A model generated the notes under the pieces. It was not told where the DNA came from and did no database searches. It saw only the letters and a program-made list of their open reading frames with translations. Positions 56,858 through 61,874 of a stretch of 61,874 bases of DNA are shown here, piece after piece (positions within the stretch are counted from its first letter, which is position 1; each line of letters begins with the position of its first letter). Source of the DNA: Catajapyx aquilonaris (taxonomy: Eukaryota). The translations under genes and the position numbers were made by a program. The stretch covers positions 1 to 61,874 of the forward strand of contig KZ538561.1 in assembly GCA_000934665.2 (NCBI GenBank), given 5' to 3'.

Positions 56858-56899
56858 NNNNNNNNNNNNNNNNNNNNNNNNNNNNNNNNNNNNNNNNNN
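56858..56899. other. Assembly gap (42 N)
   Basis: N run followed by a G homopolymer. Confidence 0.99.
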
Positions 56900-59300
56900 G
56901 GGGGGGGAAAGAGACCAGAAATTGATCTGGACATCTCTATTTTTTTTTTTGTAGGCTTCCGATAAAATTCAACGCCAATACCGGGGTGGGTCTGTCGTCT
57001 ATATACCTTCAGGTTCAAGTGAGTGGTATTCATGGGCCAAGTTTGCTCTTGAACTAACTTGGCTCGGTCTGAGTGAAAAGGGGGCCAACGCAAAAGTGAA
57101 TCCGGGCCTGGGTGTAACACACCGCACACTTGTTGCACTCGCATTCATCTGTGCCGGGAAAGTGCAGCAAGTCATGTGAATACAAGTTTATCCCTGCAAA
57201 CACATTTGGACATGAACAGTAATGGAAATATGTGCGGGATATTTTTGTGCACTAATTTCCCAAATCCCATGGCTATTAGAACCCCATTGTTGGACCTCAT
57301 AAGCACCTCCGTCAGCTTTAGGAGTAACTTGGGCGTGCCTTGTAGTGTTGTGGGTTGGCCAGAAATGCAATACGGGCTGGAATTTAATTATGCTCTCGGA
57401 AGAGTGATGCCGGAACACACACACACATCCGATGATCCAGGATTGCCTTTATAGTCGGTGTCGCCGGTTATTAGAAGGTGCCATAGTTGCGTCTATCGGC
57501 GGCACTGAAATGAGGTGCGAGACGGCTCCCCAGCCATGCATGCGTAACATGATTGGCGGTCCTTGCATCCTCTGCTTGCTTGTACAATTCATTTTCCCCG
57601 GGATGCTCCGATATATAAAAAGCAATTGATCTTTTTTTTTTAGGGTGGGGGGGTTTTGCGGGCACAAAAGGGCCGCCTCATAAACTTCCATCTCCATGGG
57701 ATTATGGAAGTCATTAAAACTTTTGGGCCCGCTGACGCCATTGAGATGCTGCCTTTGTGCCCCAATTTGGGAGGCTGGAGGCTGCTGCTGGGGCTGGGTT
57801 CAAGCTTTAATTTGTAGCAGCTCAACGGAGAGGACGCGATTTTATTACGCCGAATGACTGGACCAAAAGGCAGAAAATCGCGGCGTAGATTAAAGCTTTT
57901 GTTGCCTTCCACCCCCCCCCTTTTCCCTATACTCCTGTCCAGTGTCGCCTGTTTATGGCCCGAACACAGCACACACACAAAAAAACACAAACAAACGATG
58001 CCGCCCACTGCCGAGATTACTGGCCCATGAATGTTGCCCGGGGACCAACCCACCCAACCCTCTCAAAATTATCGCCGGAAATTTTGCACCCACAAATCAT
58101 TCCTGGTGACCCGCTTAAACACTGCTCTCAAAATCCCCTTACGTCCAATATTCTGCTGGGCCGCAAAATTTCGGAAATAAAACCAAGAGAACTCGAGGGA
58201 CACAAACTTGGCCAAATGGGACCGCAACCACGGTTTTCGCACGCTATGACCGCATTTTTTTTGCGAGGAGATTTAATGTGTGTCAGCAAACGTCAAACTA
58301 AATGCCCGTAAATTTCGACTGACATGGTTGCCAAGTGGCGTGATCAGCTTTTTTGCAAAAATAAGAATGTTCGCGTGTGGAGGACCACTTCTGCGCCAAT
58401 AATTGGTTGCACAAACATGTCAATTAAATTTCGCTAAATTGAACCCAGTTGTGTTGATGTTTGCTTGTTCAATTAAAAAAAACACTGCTCTGGTATCAAG
58501 TGCGTAACAATATTTACATTCTGCGGCGTAAAAACACTGTCAATTATTCAGAAATATTATGTAATCTCCTCCACATCAAAACTATACTTGCTGAAGCATA
58601 TGCTAACATACACATTGCAGCTATATAGCTCCGGGTAACTTTTGTTCAAAACAGTTGTTGAAACATGCAGTAAGTATAGCTTCTGTAAGCAGAAATTTCA
58701 ATTGTGTTGAAGTTCGACCGAAATCATTATTGCTTCAGTTGGCCGTCTATATCAGAATATATTATAGTCACGTAAGAGGGCATTCAACTACATTAAAATT
58801 CAGCTGAGATCCATTTAAATTGAAGTCTTGGTAAATGTTGCGTTACAGAAAATAATTTTGCAATTCTTCTCATATAACCATGGGAAAGTTTTGAATAATA
58901 TTCTTCAGTGCACCATCATTGAAATCATCAATATTTCTAGCTGCAAAATGTTATAATTCTGCCAACATCACGGCAAACAACAGGTCAGTTGGAGCCTCGA
59001 TAAACTTCATGATTTCAATTAATCCGACAGCGTTGATGGGACGATAACCACTGCAAAGTAATAACAGAGGTTAAGTTGTCCTCACCTGACACATATTGTT
59101 GCAAATATGCCTATCCCTGGGCGTAATAACCACAATAGCTAATTCACTTTGGGTTGCACAATGCTGTGCAATGCAATTTAATGGCACAAATTAGTGCATA
59201 AATTTATTCGTATCCGAAAATGCGTACTGGCGGTTGACGAGTTGTGACACCAAAAAACGTTGTACAATAGTAGCTACTATGCATGTGCACTGTTAGCATG

Positions 59301-59378
59301 TACAGGGTGTTCCAGATTCGTGGGTAACTTTTTGATAAAGTCATCAAAAAGTGACCCACGAATCTGGAACACCCTGTA
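59301..59378. mobile_element. 74-bp hairpin MITE, TA-flanked (Tc1/mariner-superfamily-like ends)
   Basis: TA|CAGGGTGTTCCAGATTCGTGGG...CCCACGAATCTGGAACACCCTG|TA; 34-bp arms with 1 mismatch and a 6-nt loop. Confidence 0.85.
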
Positions 59379-61874
59379 TTTAATACCAGATCGAACCCAG
59401 GGCCTCATTCTATACAAGCTGAATAATTTTACCAGTACGATAGAGGGTATACACATTTCTTCATTATTTTCCTGTGAATTTGGGGCAGTGTACCCTGCCC
59501 TGCTCCGAAATATTCGCAAGAATTGGGGCAATCAAATGACTGTCCTTTTTCATGTTTATTTGTGATCCTATACAAGTTCCAAGTGTTGCACTCGGATCTC
59601 TCAAATAAAAATTTTTAAAAAATGGGTCGGAAGGGTTTGAAGGCACACAAAACTTCCACCCATCCGAGAGAACCCAATTTACGTACATCCTTCTCTCTCT
59701 TCTCCAGAGAAGTTGAAAAATCGGAGCCATTCCGAGCAGGACAAGGTTCGATCCGAGAAGCAGAACAAAAAAAAAGAGAGGGGCAGAATGAATATAAAAA
59801 AAAACTGTGCCAGGGTATTTTTAGGATCGTCGAAGTGGAGGATATCTATCTTTTTTTCGAGACAGAAGGAACCAGTTGATGGAGATGGTCTTCGCCCGAG
59901 TTAAACGCTGTCCTGTCTGGAAAGGAAAAGGAAAAAAGGAAACGACCTTTTTTCCCACTCTATATAACAGTGTAGGCCTCACATCCTCCTCGTTCCTTAA
60001 CTTGAATTCCTTCCTTCAAGTGCTCGCTCCTAATCCCATCAACGTCACGCTGCTAATCTCCAAAATCCAAGCCTTAATACTGTCGATCCAATCTGAGCCC
60101 CCTACTCCTTTTCCTCTCCCCCAAAACTAGGCTAAATTTCCCTTCTCCAGAGCATCCTCTCTCTCTATCATTTCCTAGTATATTGCATCCAATTTAGGAC
60201 TCAGGTATATTGCACGTAACAGCTGTTTTTCATCCTCCGTGTATACCTGGGCCAGGAAATTGAGCTAATTTATCAAAAGCCTGGCTTCAGCAAAATACTG
60301 CGCACAAAAGCTAGAACAACGCACGGAGATAAACTATGTGAAGCAGAAAAATAAACCGAACGAGATGTCATCGGATTATTGGGCTTATCAGAGAGAATAA
60401 TGACGGATTTGTTGCTCTGTGTGTTTCCAAATTCTTCAGTAAATGCATTTGCGTGTGATCCGTAAATTCAGCAGATATATCTTACATTGTTTGATTAATT
60501 AGCCCTGGGGTATGTAACTAATCTAAGTTGTTGACCTCAGTGTATATAAAAAAAATACTTGCAACAATTTCTCTGCCGAACCAAAAACAAGACGGGTTTT
60601 CAACAACAACGCGGCATGTTTTTCATTCCTATCTAATTGATCCCTAATCGATTGCTGCTGCTGAAGTACCGTCGGTATGCTTCTAATAACACGGCCCTGC
60701 AACTGTATATACAACAGAGCAGCAAGTTACATGACAAAAATTCCTATCTCCTGCCCTGACACGCATATGACTCGCCATAAATAACGCGTCATTTGCATTC
60801 GAAAATGTCTCGTCACGTACGTGTTATGAGTCCCATGCGGTCCACCCCACATTGCTATCCGTCCTATGCTCTTTTTTATTATTATTCTAATGTAATGGTC
60901 CGCTCGACAATGGACAACTTCATTCCACTCAGCTCCCTCACATCGGACTGTAATTGGTCGCATAGCACAGCATTTGATTCGCCTTGCAGCGAGGGGGGGG
61001 GGGGNGGGGGGGCATGCACAATTAAATTTTAACCAATTTGCAGCAGCCGGATGTACACTGAGCGATGCTTTCAATGAATTGCTGCTACCCGATGTCTCTT
61101 TCCTCCTGTTTTGATTATGGACATCAAAAATTCATCAGCGTTTTACTTGGAACGTGACTGTTTCTGGTACATTTTGCATCGCCCAAAGTGCATCCCCCCC
61201 GCCTCTCCTACTGCATACTGCAATGCGATTACAATTATTTATGCGGTTCCCGCTCAACCAATATGCTCCAAATATGCTCAAAACGTACCTCGCCTCTTCA
61301 AACGAAATGATTACCATTATGGCTTATACCTGACCTAAAAATGTTTTGGACAAACGGATCATCCAGCAAGGAAAAAAAAATGAATTTTTTTTTTGACACA
61401 CTATGAGGTATGTCAGGTATATTTGACGCGATTTGACATATGTGGTAACAGTGCGTATACGCATGGTGTATGTGCAGCAGTATACAGTAGTACGTACATG
61501 CTCTTATTTCTTGTTGCTACGGGATCGATTCATCAATTTGGGTCACAATGGAACAATGAAACTAAAAATAAACAACTAACTGGATCGCTACCCAGGTATG
61601 ATGACCGCAACTCAATGAAAAGCATCGCCAACATGAATATAGTATGAAAAGGAAAGTTTGTCCGTATGACCCATTTGGGCCCCTCTGCCACTCCAGCCCT
61701 TCCAGCAACAACGGGTTACCATACAGCAACGGGAAACTACTCAGCCATGTTAGGTCATACATGTCGTCACTGTCACGGACTTTTTTTTTTCTCTCCCACC
61801 AGCCATGAACCATGGGCCAAACTGCCAGTGACATGTACCATACACAGAGAGGGTTTGGCCAACTCCTGGACTCG

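Noticed and set aside
59060..59110. Candidate upstream GABA-B-R2 exon (CAG|GTGAG donor on minus strand at ~59085)
   Set aside because: The translation (..NNMCQ) does not resemble the expected ..NDT(Q/E) that precedes CNAAVG; the N-terminal exon probably lies outside the window.

Overview
Eukaryotic (arthropod-like) genomic DNA with small assembly gaps. The window is dominated by one minus-strand gene, the metabotropic GABA-B receptor subunit 2 (GABA-B-R2/GABBR2). I could reconstruct 17 coding exons (50279 down to 2746) with GT-AG boundaries and consistent phases: 3894 nt, about 1297 aa, running from the Venus-flytrap domain through the 7TM domain and coiled coil to a ~650-aa tail ending ...[16 protein letters not shown] did not find the N-terminal exon(s), which probably lie beyond the right edge. 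The most interesting element is a small plus-strand gene (ORF 52008-52373, 121 aa, with a 68-nt intron directly before the ATG) nested antisense in the upstream intron of GABA-B-R2. By eye it resembles the GFRP / KCTD C-terminal (H1-like) fold, the fold vertebrate KCTD12/16 auxiliary subunits use to modulate GABA-B signalling. The introns also hold several foldback/MITE-like elements (TA-flanked, and one with a 7-bp target-site duplication), a perfect 58-bp palindrome, an 80-bp minisatellite and probable LINE 3' tails. The receptor tail has a splice layout that allows in-frame skipping of a 596-nt acidic exon. All homology calls come from recognising sequence by eye; no searches were run.
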